From positions 1 to 58,091 of the IMG/VR virus record IMGVR_UViG_3300032282_000782: a DNA stretch of 58,091 nucleotides. One strand, 5' to 3'. A model generated the notes under the pieces. The model saw only the letters and a list, made by a program, of their open reading frames with translations, ran no database searches and was not told the origin of the DNA. The stretch comes from a virus (Duplodnaviria > Caudoviricetes). How positions within the stretch are numbered: the first letter of the stretch is position 1; the number at the start of each line of letters is the position of its first letter. A program made the position numbers and the translations under genes. This document shows, one piece after another, positions 46,629 through 55,823 of the stretch.

Positions 46629-48333
46629 AGGAACCTGGGGCGGGGTTGTCTAGATCATCACTCAGGTCTTCAATCTCACGAAGGCGTCCAGTGGTCTTAC
46701 TGTACTGTAGGTGACAGGCAACACCGGTCTCACCTGTGTAACGTGATTTAAGAACACGGACGATGGTGGTGTTAGCAACAACAGGATCATCAGCTTGCTG
46801 ATTTCTTTCTAAACTTAAGACGGCATCAGATAGCTGAGCAATTGACTGTGACCCACGCAGATGGCTAATGGACACTTCCTTACCTTCTTCGTGCGCTGTG
46901 TCTGATCCTGTGCGTCGTAGATGGCACACAAGAAGCAAAGCACAGTTTGTTTCTTCAACCAAGCTACGCAGTTTGGTCATAATAATGTCGATGTTCTTTC
47001 GCTCATCAACGCCTTCCTGGCCGGATACAAGAATAGATAAGTGATCTAGGAAAATCCACTTACAATCAAGAGCTTTAATCATGTACCGGATTCTAGCAAG
47101 GATTTCTTCTGTACCAACGGACCCAAAATGGTCAAAGGCAAAGAATCTACCGGTGCCAGCAGTGCGCTCCTGGTACGCCCGTAATTCCTCACGGGGGATT
47201 GTGTCACGTACCTCTTTAATGTACAGCCGCTGACTAGCTTCCACTGACATTAGGTGGAATATTGTCTGCCTTACATTCTCTTCTAGAGCGATAACACCAA
47301 TATTATCCTCAGTGTTGTTTAAGATATGATGTTCTAGTTCACGCATGGCACTAGACTTACCCGCACCTGTGCCAGCAACAACAGTTACCAGTTCCCCAGT
47401 ACGGATACCATACAGCTTCTCATTTAGACCAGACCACGGGTACAAGCAGGTCTTCTGCTGGGTTTCGTCGTACAGGGAATCCCCAAAGTCTTTGAGGTTA
47501 ATGATACCTGCTGGTGTGTAGACACTAGCTGCCCACCACGCCTTAACGAAGTCTTCTTTACGGCCAGCCTTGATGTAGTCACCAGCATCCTTTAGGTCAA
47601 GCTTAACGATCTTACACTTGTTAGGCTCAAACAGTTCAGCTACTGCCTGTGCTGCCTTCTTTCCTGGATCATCCATGTCGAAGCAGATAACGATGTTCTC
47701 ATACCCGTTAAGGAAGTCGTAACTATTCTTACAATCCTTAGCTGCTGCTGCTGCACCGTTCTTAATTGAGACGACAGGCCACTTACTGCCCATCATTTCA
47801 TACGCTGCCATAGCATCAATCTCACCCTCACAGATGGTGATGTACTTGCCCTTCTCACGGCATGTCTCTTGTCCGAATAGGGTACCAAAGCCAAGTGACC
47901 CTACTGGTTTAGCTTCGAAGGTCTTATCCTTAACGTGACGTACCTTGTAGGAGACAAGACGGTTAGCATTGTCGTAGTAAGGGTACAGGTGCTTAATGAC
48001 CTTACCGTCTATGTCCATAACAACACGAACACCATACTTCTGGCAGGTGTCCTTGGAGATACCACGATCCTTTAGTTCAGTAATAAATCCTTCTTGCTTT
48101 GGTTGACCAGGGGATACTACTTGCATAGCGACTGACTGGTTCATTATGTATGTTCCTGTTTCGTGTAGTGTGTATGAAGCTTCTCTGTTAGGGGGTGTAA
48201 ACGTATTGCAACTGAAGCAGTGGGAGTGCCCGTCGTCGTATTCTAGTAAGCCTTTGGATGTATCACACTTAGGACAGGGACCACGGCTAACAACGACAGA
48301 AGAAAGTTCCTTCTTAAACTCCTCATGAGGCAT
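46618..48333 (-). CDS. Primase-helicase (T7 gp4-like)
   Basis: Zn ribbon CPKC..CFSC, TOPRIM EGEIDA and FDMD..G, Walker A GTGAGKS, LDHL, LRGS..I.QLSD, K.R.TG. Confidence 0.95.
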   Translation of the reverse strand: MPHEEFKKELSSVVVSRGPCPKCDTSKGLLEYDDGHSHCFSCNTFTPPNREASYTLHETGTYIMNQSVAMQVVSPGQPKQEGFITELKDRGISKDTCQKYGVRVVMDIDGKVIKHLYPYYDNANRLVSYKVRHVKDKTFEAKPVGSLGFGTLFGQETCREKGKYITICEGEIDAMAAYEMMGSKWPVVSIKNGAAAAAKDCKNSYDFLNGYENIVICFDMDDPGKKAAQAVAELFEPNKCKIVKLDLKDAGDYIKAGRKEDFVKAWWAASVYTPAGIINLKDFGDSLYDETQQKTCLYPWSGLNEKLYGIRTGELVTVVAGTGAGKSSAMRELEHHILNNTEDNIGVIALEENVRQTIFHLMSVEASQRLYIKEVRDTIPREELRAYQERTAGTGRFFAFDHFGSVGTEEILARIRYMIKALDCKWIFLDHLSILVSGQEGVDERKNIDIIMTKLRSLVEETNCALLLVCHLRRTGSDTAHEEGKEVSISHLRGSQSIAQLSDAVLSLERNQQADDPVVANTTIVRVLKSRYTGETGVACHLQYSKTTGRLREIEDLSDDLDNPAPGSYDL

Positions 48334-48339
48334 GACAGC

Positions 48340-48528
48340 CTATTCCTCTTCTTGAGACGAATCCAAAATATCTTTAACGAACTCACTGCTCATGTCTAGC
48401 ATATCTGATGTCTCTTCGCTAGCTAATTTCTTTGCTTCCTTTGCTGTGTACCCTTCGTCCAGGTACTGCTGGTATATTTCACGGTAGATTGTCTTGCGAT
48501 CCATAGACCACAGGTTCCTTGTGGACAT
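48340..48528 (-). CDS. Hypothetical protein
   Basis: Y..EGY..KEAK..A motif; operon position. Confidence 0.6.
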   Translation of the reverse strand: MSTRNLWSMDRKTIYREIYQQYLDEGYTAKEAKKLASEETSDMLDMSSEFVKDILDSSQEEE

Positions 48529-48534
48529 ACTAGT

Positions 48535-48732
48535 CTAATGCCCCATGTACGCTAAGATATGATTAAAGGCTTTAACTAACTTCTTGGAGTCCTTAACATC
48601 ATCTTCGTGTAGGTACGCTCCGTTGTGTTTGTGGTTGTGGAGTCGCTCAGTGTGTAACGAAAGGTGTTCCATACAGAATGCTACTGCAAGCTTTTCAACG
48701 TATTCGTCGTCAATAACTATACGGTAAGTCAT
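48535..48732 (-). CDS. Hypothetical protein
   Basis: Tightly packed ORF. Confidence 0.55.
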   Translation of the reverse strand: MTYRIVIDDEYVEKLAVAFCMEHLSLHTERLHNHKHNGAYLHEDDVKDSKKLVKAFNHILAYMGH

Positions 48733-48733
48733 A

Positions 48734-49036
48734 TTAGTTCAACTCCGAATTACGTCGTTTTGTTTTAGCTGTAAGCATTTCTTGCTTTAGGTCGTCCTGC
48801 ATCTGGTCCATGTCATCGTAAGAGTCGAACTCCATGTTACGCAGGGCATCCAGTTTAAGTTTAAAGTTTTTGTACTTTGGTGTGTCACTTGGCTTGGACG
48901 GGTCGAAGTAGTAGGTCTGCATATCGAACCTAACGTAGTCATGGTAGGGAACCTTGCCGGTGTTAACTAGCATGTTCAACTTGTTGTTGAACCCAATAAT
49001 TTCCCAAAGATCAGCGGTGCTTGTGTCTACTAGCAT
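48734..49036 (-). CDS. Hypothetical protein
   Basis: TAATG coupling to the upstream gene. Confidence 0.55.
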   Translation of the reverse strand: MLVDTSTADLWEIIGFNNKLNMLVNTGKVPYHDYVRFDMQTYYFDPSKPSDTPKYKNFKLKLDALRNMEFDSYDDMDQMQDDLKQEMLTAKTKRRNSELN

Positions 49037-49209
49037 TACGATGGTTTCCCTTGTCCACGGTATGGTTTGAAGTCACGTTTCTTGGACTTGTTCTTTGGAC
49101 GGCTGTTTGATGATCGTCCGATGCTTGTCCGTAGGTGTTTGTCACTGATAACCTTCTTAGCATTGGAAGACTTACGCCCTGCTGCTCCACCACTTGATGC
49201 CTTAGCCAT
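49036..49209 (-). CDS. 57-aa basic protein ending YRGQGKPS
   Basis: Hand translation MAKASSGG...RTSIGRSSNSRPKNKSKKRDFKPYRGQG; missed by the ORF track. Confidence 0.7.
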   Translation of the reverse strand: MAKASSGGAAGRKSSNAKKVISDKHLRTSIGRSSNSRPKNKSKKRDFKPYRGQGKPS

Positions 49210-49891
49210 TGTTCTCTTGTCCTTTAACTGATTGTGTCAGGTGATACCAACTCACAGGAAACAAGCTACCACAGATGTCATTCCATTGCAACGCTAATTG
49301 CTGGATTTCCCATTGTGCAGTAGCTTCAGACCGCAAGTTGTAAGCCCTAGAAAAGGCGTACAGTGACCCTGTGACATAGTAGCTGGTGTACGTTGACTGA
49401 GGGAGAACCATACGGGCTTGCTCAGGAGCTACGCCAGCCTTCAAGAGTTCGTTATAAACGTAACCACACTCAAGCATAACATTATCGTAGATACGTTTAG
49501 CATAACTGTTGCTACCAACAGGCTCAGCAAGAGAACCCTGTTTGACATTGGGTGCTACCTTTCTAAAGAACGGTGGATCGTAGAACTGTGGTTCGTCGTT
49601 GACGTAGCGACGGCTGACTTCGTTGTAAGAGAAGCCAACAGTGTGCCTAAAACGCTGCCGTGCTACGAACAAGGGGACAGTCTCACGTAGAGTAACCATG
49701 CAGTGTGTAAACGGTGTGAAGTGGTTGTTGCTTGCTAAGAACTTAATTAGCTTAACATCCCTTTCTGTTGGTAGGCGGTCAACCAATTCGGTGCCGTCCT
49801 GGTTATACTCTGTAACACGTTCGTGGGAAACTCTTGCCGCGTTACATACAGTCACGTCTGTGCCCATAGCACTAATCAGTTCAGCTTTCAT
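49202..49891 (-). CDS. thyX: FAD-dependent thymidylate synthase
   Basis: NAARVS, H.TPF, RQ..RH...SYNEVSRRY, EQARMVLP, AQWEI. Confidence 0.95.
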   Translation of the reverse strand: MKAELISAMGTDVTVCNAARVSHERVTEYNQDGTELVDRLPTERDVKLIKFLASNNHFTPFTHCMVTLRETVPLFVARQRFRHTVGFSYNEVSRRYVNDEPQFYDPPFFRKVAPNVKQGSLAEPVGSNSYAKRIYDNVMLECGYVYNELLKAGVAPEQARMVLPQSTYTSYYVTGSLYAFSRAYNLRSEATAQWEIQQLALQWNDICGSLFPVSWYHLTQSVKGQENNG

Positions 49892-49958
49892 TTTACTGAT
49901 GCTCTCCTACATCTCTTAATATAGTTTTAACCATTTGATTAATATCAGCGAGCGTTCT

Positions 49959-50588
49959 CTATTCTACTGTTGTAAACTCTGTCATGTACGAATCGTCAGT
50001 AACGAATTTATGTACATTTTCTACAGTGTACACGGTAGTGTCTATTTCATAACCAGGATTGTGATTGATTGGCTGGAACACCCAAGCATTATCATGCCAG
50101 AATATCTTGTTGTTAGGATAAATGTAATAATTACCTTCATCCATTTTGAATACGTGACCGCACTTATGTTCTGGTGTTTCGCCAAAGTTTGTATCTAACA
50201 TAGATCGATTTTCATGCGCCCAGTCTATAGTAAAAATATAGATTCCCTCTCTTTGTTCTTTTGAGGGTGTGAGGAGTTTAGCACGTAGACCTGCTAACCT
50301 TGACCTTACGTGAACGTCTGGATATTGGCTCAGACAATCCCAGTAGATATGTTCCGTCAGAGGTCGGACTGGGGCGTCCTTTTTCCAACAAAACGCATTT
50401 ATAGGTCTACGTGTCCAGTTAACTCCATTTTCTAAAAATGCTTCAAAAAGAGGAACTCTCTTTTCCATACATGCTACGCTGTGAACGTCGGCTGGAGTAA
50501 AGTCACCATGACCTTTCTTATGATTATAAAGGTATTCATTCCGTATCAAGCACGTAATCGTAGGTATATCATGATTTAAAAATGCCAC
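49959..50588 (-). CDS. Conserved phage protein of unknown function
   Basis: LN..IP....R.EYLY....HG, WDC, Y.FTIDW, EHKC.H, G.....PNN. Confidence 0.7.
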   Translation of the reverse strand: MAFLNHDIPTITCLIRNEYLYNHKKGHGDFTPADVHSVACMEKRVPLFEAFLENGVNWTRRPINAFCWKKDAPVRPLTEHIYWDCLSQYPDVHVRSRLAGLRAKLLTPSKEQREGIYIFTIDWAHENRSMLDTNFGETPEHKCGHVFKMDEGNYYIYPNNKIFWHDNAWVFQPINHNPGYEIDTTVYTVENVHKFVTDDSYMTEFTTVE

Positions 50589-50610
50589 TATATCGTATCC
50601 ATGTATATGC

Positions 50611-50802
50611 TCATTTCACAGACGCTCTCACATCCTTAAGCACAGCCTCAGCCATCTCCCTCATTTGCCTTTCGGTGTGCGCTAACGCTATATCTTCCAA
50701 GACCTTTCTGCACATAGTGAACATCACAAACAATTCATTATGAGCATCTTCTAGTTCTTCTATACGCTTAGCTAGCATATCCTCTACAGTAAACTTACTC
50801 AT
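50611..50802 (-). CDS. Hypothetical protein
   Basis: Coiled-coil-like ORF in operon. Confidence 0.5.
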   Translation of the reverse strand: MSKFTVEDMLAKRIEELEDAHNELFVMFTMCRKVLEDIALAHTERQMREMAEAVLKDVRASVK

Positions 50803-51208
50803 CGTCAAACTCTCCATGCGAACGGCGAACGTTACTCTCAAACCAGTTGTCCTGCCTCATGTCCCCGTACACCGACACCTGGAAAGTAGCACCAACAGCG
50901 TTCTCCCGTTCCATCTTAATACGCCGACCACGTAGCTCTTCAAAGCGTTCAGCAAGGTAGTCGGTGGCACGTTGAAGGTCGTACACCATCGCCATAACTT
51001 CGTCTTCTGCGTCGTAAGAAAGCCACCGCTCCCCGTCACTGTTGGTTTGTGAAACAATTTCCACGAAGTCATCAACCAACTCTTCGTAGCTGATAAAAGC
51101 ATGGGTTCCGTCGTCATCTTGCTCACCTTGGTAGAGTGCAAAGCAAACACCGTTGTCGTCTAGGTATGGGGACACATAGGTATCTGTCGTAATCTTAATT
51201 GAAGCCAT
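50795..51208 (-). CDS. Hypothetical acidic protein
   Basis: ORF overlapping its neighbours by a few nt. Confidence 0.55.
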   Translation of the reverse strand: MASIKITTDTYVSPYLDDNGVCFALYQGEQDDDGTHAFISYEELVDDFVEIVSQTNSDGERWLSYDAEDEVMAMVYDLQRATDYLAERFEELRGRRIKMERENAVGATFQVSVYGDMRQDNWFESNVRRSHGEFDDE

Positions 51209-51608
51209 TGATCAACACCTTCTCTTCATTGAAGTAAGTTATCTTCTTTATACCAAACTCTTTAAGACATCTGTAACAACCAGAACAAGGCTTAGAATTA
51301 GCTGGTTCAAAAGTGTTTGTCAAGTGATTTCTTTTCACTCTAACTACAATCATATTACACTTACTTAATTCTTCTACATCCAAGACTCTTAAAGAGTTCT
51401 TTATAGCAGCTATCTCAGCATGAAGATATATAGCTTCTTCGTGTCTAGAATACCTAGCTTGCATGGGGTCACTCTTCCATCTATTAATACCCAACCCCAT
51501 GATCTGGTTCTTGTAGATAACACCAGCAGCCAGCCTGAAACAACGTACTGGATCAACTATGTCACTTGCTATCTGCAACAAGTACGGAATGTGCTTGGAT
51601 TCGTTCAC
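51195..51608 (-). CDS. Zinc-dependent cytidine/dCMP deaminase-fold protein
   Basis: HAE and PCxxC (KPCSGC) motifs; GIK.I.Y. Confidence 0.85.
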   Translation of the reverse strand: MNESKHIPYLLQIASDIVDPVRCFRLAAGVIYKNQIMGLGINRWKSDPMQARYSRHEEAIYLHAEIAAIKNSLRVLDVEELSKCNMIVVRVKRNHLTNTFEPANSKPCSGCYRCLKEFGIKKITYFNEEKVLINGFN

Positions 51609-51909
51609 TTTTCTCTCTCATTTCAGCTATAAAGGCATCACCTTCTTTACGGTAATCTTTAAGAGCTTCTTCAGTAGCAGGGTCTAGGTAATGTTTCTTA
51701 AAGAAAGCAGTAAGGTTAGGGGCGCTATCTTCAAGTTTCTTCTTTTCGTGTCTGTATTCTTCTTGTGCTGCTTTTATTAAGTCCAATAGTAAGTTCAATT
51801 TAAACTCACCGTTCTCAAAGTTTAGTGCTGGTCTACGCATGAAGCAGAACAGTTCACCAGTCTCCTTGTCTACATCTGCTTGATAGAATGAGCTAAGGTA
51901 CCTAGACAT
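51562..51909 (-). CDS. Hypothetical protein
   Basis: ORF in operon. Confidence 0.5.
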   Translation of the reverse strand: MSRYLSSFYQADVDKETGELFCFMRRPALNFENGEFKLNLLLDLIKAAQEEYRHEKKKLEDSAPNLTAFFKKHYLDPATEEALKDYRKEGDAFIAEMREKSERIQAHSVLVADSK

Positions 51910-51914
51910 GTTAA

Positions 51915-52466
51915 CTATCCCTTATAGAACATATGATTACCAACTCTGCGAAGAAACACCTTTTGTTTCACCCACTTAGGTTTACTACCTACAGTATGGA
52001 ATGAAGTAGCTTCTTCAAGTCCTTGAATATAAACACCAGACATACTTAGTGCAGCTACCACACTACTTTGATTGTAGCCTTCAATGTCATGGATTCGTTC
52101 AGGTTTTCCATCGCAATAGAAACTGAACTGACACTTGTTCTTTATCATACGTCCAGACTTAGACATCTTTCCTTTATAGACAACATCACATATGGTGTCT
52201 AACCCATTGGAACTAAACACCCTATTCATAACAACCTGTGCTACGGCTAACTGTCCAAGGATGTTCTCTGACCGTGCCTCAAAGTAGATTGTGTCAGCAA
52301 GACAGGTAATGTCTTCTACATACAGGTTACTACCCTGTGTGTATTGTTCAGCCTCAATCACCTCCTGGTGTTGAGTGTAAGCGTCTTCTATTTGGGACAT
52401 AAACAAGATGGGAAGAATAAAAAGTGATGCAACAATTATAACTGTAAAAGCTACTATGGGTTTCAT
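51915..52466 (-). CDS. SleB-like cell wall hydrolase (Hydrolase_2) with N-terminal TM helix
   Basis: CLA..IYFEAR.E...GQ.AVA.VV.NR, CQFS.YCDG, GNH.FY. Confidence 0.9.
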   Translation of the reverse strand: MKPIVAFTVIIVASLFILPILFMSQIEDAYTQHQEVIEAEQYTQGSNLYVEDITCLADTIYFEARSENILGQLAVAQVVMNRVFSSNGLDTICDVVYKGKMSKSGRMIKNKCQFSFYCDGKPERIHDIEGYNQSSVVAALSMSGVYIQGLEEATSFHTVGSKPKWVKQKVFLRRVGNHMFYKG

Positions 52467-52654
52467 ACATTCCGCTCCTCATTCCACTCAATAAGACCAT
52501 TCAAGAAGTCATTGATATCATTGAGATATAAGTCCCTGATGTCGTCTACTTGTGCTACGCCAATGACGTACTCCTGCATGTGCTGGGGGATGTCACTGTA
52601 CTCACGGTAGTTGTACATCTTTGATGGTTGTTGATCTTTGACTAATGTAAGCAT
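52463..52654 (-). CDS. Hypothetical protein
   Basis: AAGGA RBS; ATGA overlap. Confidence 0.55.
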   Translation of the reverse strand: MLTLVKDQQPSKMYNYREYSDIPQHMQEYVIGVAQVDDIRDLYLNDINDFLNGLIEWNEERNV

Positions 52655-52673
52655 GACTGTTTTGTAATCCTTT

Positions 52674-52725
52674 AGAGAGAGAGAGAGAGTGGATAATGTG
52701 CTTTATATTACACACTATCCACTCT
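52674..52725 (-). terminator. Stem-loop followed by (CT)8 on the minus strand
   Basis: AGAGTGGATA (52686-52695) pairs with TATCCACTCT (52716-52725), just after the 52739 stop. Confidence 0.45.
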
Positions 52726-52738
52726 AATGTATAACTTA

Positions 52739-53080
52739 TTAATCAGCCGCTTTACGGTAGCCTTCCGGGATGTACTCACGCTGACGGCGTACTTCATACT
52801 TTCCTTCCGGTAGTTTCAATGCTTCGTGGGTGTCAAAGCTACGCAGGTGTTCAATAACAGCTTCGTCAGCTACGTCCAAGTAAGCAATGAACGCATTAGT
52901 CTGGTCAATGAACATTTGTGCTGAACGCTCCAGCACAACATGGTTGTGACCTGTCTCACTATGAGCGACTACGTGGAACCCCTCCTGTGCATCTGATTTA
53001 ACAGCGGCGGCGGGGACAACATCAATACGGCGGATCATAAGGTCGCCTTGGAAACAAGGTTTGTTTGTTACGATTTTCAT
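52739..53080 (-). CDS. His-motif partner protein of DUF6745
   Basis: QGD, AHSETGHNH, H....H..L.LP.G.YEVRRQREY. Confidence 0.75.
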   Translation of the reverse strand: MKIVTNKPCFQGDLMIRRIDVVPAAAVKSDAQEGFHVVAHSETGHNHVVLERSAQMFIDQTNAFIAYLDVADEAVIEHLRSFDTHEALKLPEGKYEVRRQREYIPEGYRKAAD

Positions 53081-54567
53081 GTACGGAACTCCTTCATTTT
53101 AAGTAGGTCTGTAGGAATGTCATAGGTCCAGGCATTCCCTTCAATTGCGGTCTTAGTCTCTGGGGGTACAGGAATAGCAAACCTACGTCCAGTACCACAG
53201 GTTACACGAATAAACTTCTCTTTACCAATATCAGGGATGGTTACTTCAACCAGTTCCCCTATCTCAGGGTCTTCGTCTTTGTCAAGTGTCTTTGCGTCTA
53301 GTTCGCTTAGAATACGATCCCATCCGACAATCTCACAAGCAGCACGGCGCAGTTCAACGTTCTCATGCTTTAGAGCTATCTCTGGTGTGATTGTTGACTT
53401 ATCCATAATCCATTTCTCTGGGACATAAACACCGTGCCAAGCATACATAGCTGTACCATCCCGCCACTTACAGAACGGACCATTCTCACAGTGAGGGCGG
53501 TTTTGGTCATCCACAAGGAGAACTTCTGGACGATCAGATATAATGCAGAACTCTTCGTGCATAATACGTCTTCCACCGTGTAAACTACCTAGTTCCCAAT
53601 AGTTGTATTTTGAATAGTCAATGGGGAGTTTAGCCACATCGCGGAAGAATGTCAGGAAAGCATCCCAGTAACTCCACTGGCTTCCCCCCTGTTCCATACG
53701 CCACGCTTCGGAAGCACATTTTAAAGCGAACTTATAGTTACCTCCAAATAAGTCTTTAGCCAAAGATACAAGCTGCTGAATATCTAAGTTATACCAACTT
53801 TCACTAAGTGTAGCGTTACTGTGGGTGGCGTTGCCGGTGGCGGCTCTGGTGGCGACGTTGGTGGCGTCGTAGGTGGCGTCGTTGGTGGCGTTGCTGGTGG
53901 CGTCGTTGGTGGCGTCGTTGGTGGCGGCGTAGGTGGCGGCGTTGGTGGCGGCGTGGGTGGCGTCGTAGGTGGCGTTGCTGGTGGCGTCGTAGGTGGCGGC
54001 TCTGGTGGCGTCGTAGGTGGCGGCTCTGGTGGCGTTGCTGGTGGCGTTGCCGGTGGCGGCTCTGATGGCGTTGCTGGTGGCGGCGTAGGTGGCGGCGTTG
54101 GTGGCGGCGTTGGTGGCGTCGTAGGTGGCGACGTTGGTGGCGTCGTTGGTGGCAGCGTTGGTGGCGTCGTAGGTGGCGACGTTGGTGGCGTCGTTGGTGG
54201 CGGCGTTGGTGGCGGCTCTGATGGCGTTGCTGGTGGCGACGTAGGTGGCGACGTTGGTGGCGTTGCTGGTGGCGGCTCTGGCGGCGTAGATGGCGTTGCT
54301 GGTGGCGCTGTTACGAAGGTGCCAAATAGCAGCAGCAAAACCACCAGCAAATCGCATAACAAACGGAGATTGAACAAACACGATACGATTGCGCGGTGGT
54401 GGTGTTAGCCCAGCACTACGATACAAACCCTCCACGGCGTTAACCATTTGGTCTTTGTCATGCTGGTCCATTTGTTTGGTGGACATTGCGTTAGCAATCC
54501 ACTTGTCACGGTACACCGGGAGCATCTTCCTATGTTCGCCAGTCAGTTCATATTTCTTTTTAGCCAT
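53077..54567 (-). CDS. DUF6745-family protein with central tetrapeptide repeats
   Basis: V.SP, SDRP.....D...R.H...GP...W.DG..Y.WHG..VP, N.E.RR, C.TGR.F...VPP. Confidence 0.75.
   Translation of the reverse strand: MAKKKYELTGEHRKMLPVYRDKWIANAMSTKQMDQHDKDQMVNAVEGLYRSAGLTPPPRNRIVFVQSPFVMRFAGGFAAAIWHLRNSATSNAIYAARAATSNATNVATYVATSNAIRAATNAATNDATNVATYDATNAATNDATNVATYDATNAATNAATYAATSNAIRAATGNATSNATRAATYDATRAATYDATSNATYDATHAATNAATYAATNDATNDATSNATNDATYDATNVATRAATGNATHSNATLSESWYNLDIQQLVSLAKDLFGGNYKFALKCASEAWRMEQGGSQWSYWDAFLTFFRDVAKLPIDYSKYNYWELGSLHGGRRIMHEEFCIISDRPEVLLVDDQNRPHCENGPFCKWRDGTAMYAWHGVYVPEKWIMDKSTITPEIALKHENVELRRAACEIVGWDRILSELDAKTLDKDEDPEIGELVEVTIPDIGKEKFIRVTCGTGRRFAIPVPPETKTAIEGNAWTYDIPTDLLKMKEFRT
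53821..54310 (-). repeat. About 40 copies of a 12-bp minisatellite (GCCACC plus 6 variable nt)
   Basis: GGTGGC every 12 nt on the + strand; encodes ATNA/ATYD/ATSN/ATRA units. Confidence 0.95.
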
Positions 54568-54599
54568 AGTAGTCCTACCCTTAAAGTAATTGAGACGTA

Positions 54600-55586
54600 T
54601 TAAGCAAGAACAGCTTCTTTAACGAACTCTTGCCAAGTCTTACTGTTAAGCCAGGAAGATACCTTCTCCTGACGCTTGTACAGGCTATCGGCAGTAGCGT
54701 TAGCCCGCAGACCAAAGCGTTCATCGTCATGGCTGGCGTAGTGAGTGAGAGCCGACATGACACTGAATAGGTTATGTCCCCGTACAGCCGATTCCTGGCC
54801 GTACTGAGCGAAGAGACGATCAGATAGGGTGTCAGACCGCTTCTGCTCCTTAACCTCACTGGACCCTGCTGTGAGAGCCTTGTAGAGGGCTTCCACCGGC
54901 TTAACAGCCGCCAGCTTCTTATCAGCGTATTCCTGGTACAGGGCCATTTCGTTATTAAAGCGTTCAAGAGACTTCTGGAGGATAACCATGAAGCCATCCG
55001 CCGTGAAGTTACGGCTATGGCGGGCTTTGGCTACGTCAAACTCACCGCTGATGCGACCATTCATGCAGAACAGGTCAATGGAACCGCACCACAGGACAGC
55101 AGAACCACTACCGTCGAAGGTGTTCTTAACGATAACACGGAACTCAAAGTCAGTCTTATGACCGTTCCTTGTCTCAATTGGACGGGATACCTTGGGGAAT
55201 AGGTACTCTGAATAGCATTTGGTATAGTTCTTAGTGACAGTATCGGTGACCTTAACGTCGTTTAGGACCAGTGGATCAAAGAAGTTAATCATTTGTTCAT
55301 GTAGGGGTTGGAGGATTTCACGGTTCTCTACAACACGATACGACTTGTTAACCACCGACATGTACTGAGCAGGGGTTTCCTTATCGTAGTTCTTAATGAG
55401 CATCTTCTTGTCCAAGGAGGGGACACCAAGGCCGACAGACATAACATCGTCTGTGAGTACTTGGAAGTTAACTTCACGGGTGGACATATCAAGCAGATCG
55501 GCTCCGCTTGAGAGGTGCTTGGTGAACGAACCCGCACGAAGACCGCCGTGACGCATGGTAGTACGATTAGAGGTGATGCTTTTCAT
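54600..55586 (-). CDS. DUF932-like protein
   Basis: V...Y.VV.N, N.FDGS, C.NG, RH, N......A.T.Y.SH. Confidence 0.7.
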   Translation of the reverse strand: MKSITSNRTTMRHGGLRAGSFTKHLSSGADLLDMSTREVNFQVLTDDVMSVGLGVPSLDKKMLIKNYDKETPAQYMSVVNKSYRVVENREILQPLHEQMINFFDPLVLNDVKVTDTVTKNYTKCYSEYLFPKVSRPIETRNGHKTDFEFRVIVKNTFDGSGSAVLWCGSIDLFCMNGRISGEFDVAKARHSRNFTADGFMVILQKSLERFNNEMALYQEYADKKLAAVKPVEALYKALTAGSSEVKEQKRSDTLSDRLFAQYGQESAVRGHNLFSVMSALTHYASHDDERFGLRANATADSLYKRQEKVSSWLNSKTWQEFVKEAVLA

Positions 55587-55619
55587 AGCAAAATTCCTTT
55601 TTGTCCAGTTAACAGTTGA

Positions 55620-55823
55620 TTAATTCGTCATCGTAAAAGCTGGGATAGCTACGCACAATACAGTTGCTCTGAATGTACTGTGTCTGAACTGCTCCTCTAC
55701 ACTCTTTTTAGATTCCTCACATAAAGCCTGAGTCTGGAAGTCTGCGATTGTGGTGGTAGTGATGCCTCCGTTGTTACCCGCAAAGATAACTAGGCTAAAC
55801 ACAATAGATGCTATCGTTGTCAT
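55620..55823 (-). CDS. Small signal-peptide-like protein with two Cys
   Basis: Hydrophobic N-terminus; FQTQALC...C. Confidence 0.55.
   Translation of the reverse strand: MTTIASIVFSLVIFAGNNGGITTTTIADFQTQALCEESKKSVEEQFRHSTFRATVLCVAIPAFTMTN

Noticed and set aside
38859-48333. Inteins or introns in nrdA, polA or primase-helicase
   Set aside because: ORFs are uninterrupted and of compact length, with no intein splice motifs noticed.
49011-49193. 60-aa ORF from the track
   Set aside because: The alternative frame 49036-49209 has an ATG start, translational coupling and a recognisable motif.
53784-54408. Pro/Thr-rich (-) and Gly/Val-rich (+) ORFs of about 195 aa
   Set aside because: Shadow frames of the stop-free 12-bp minisatellite; only the 53077-54567 frame joins recognisable domains.
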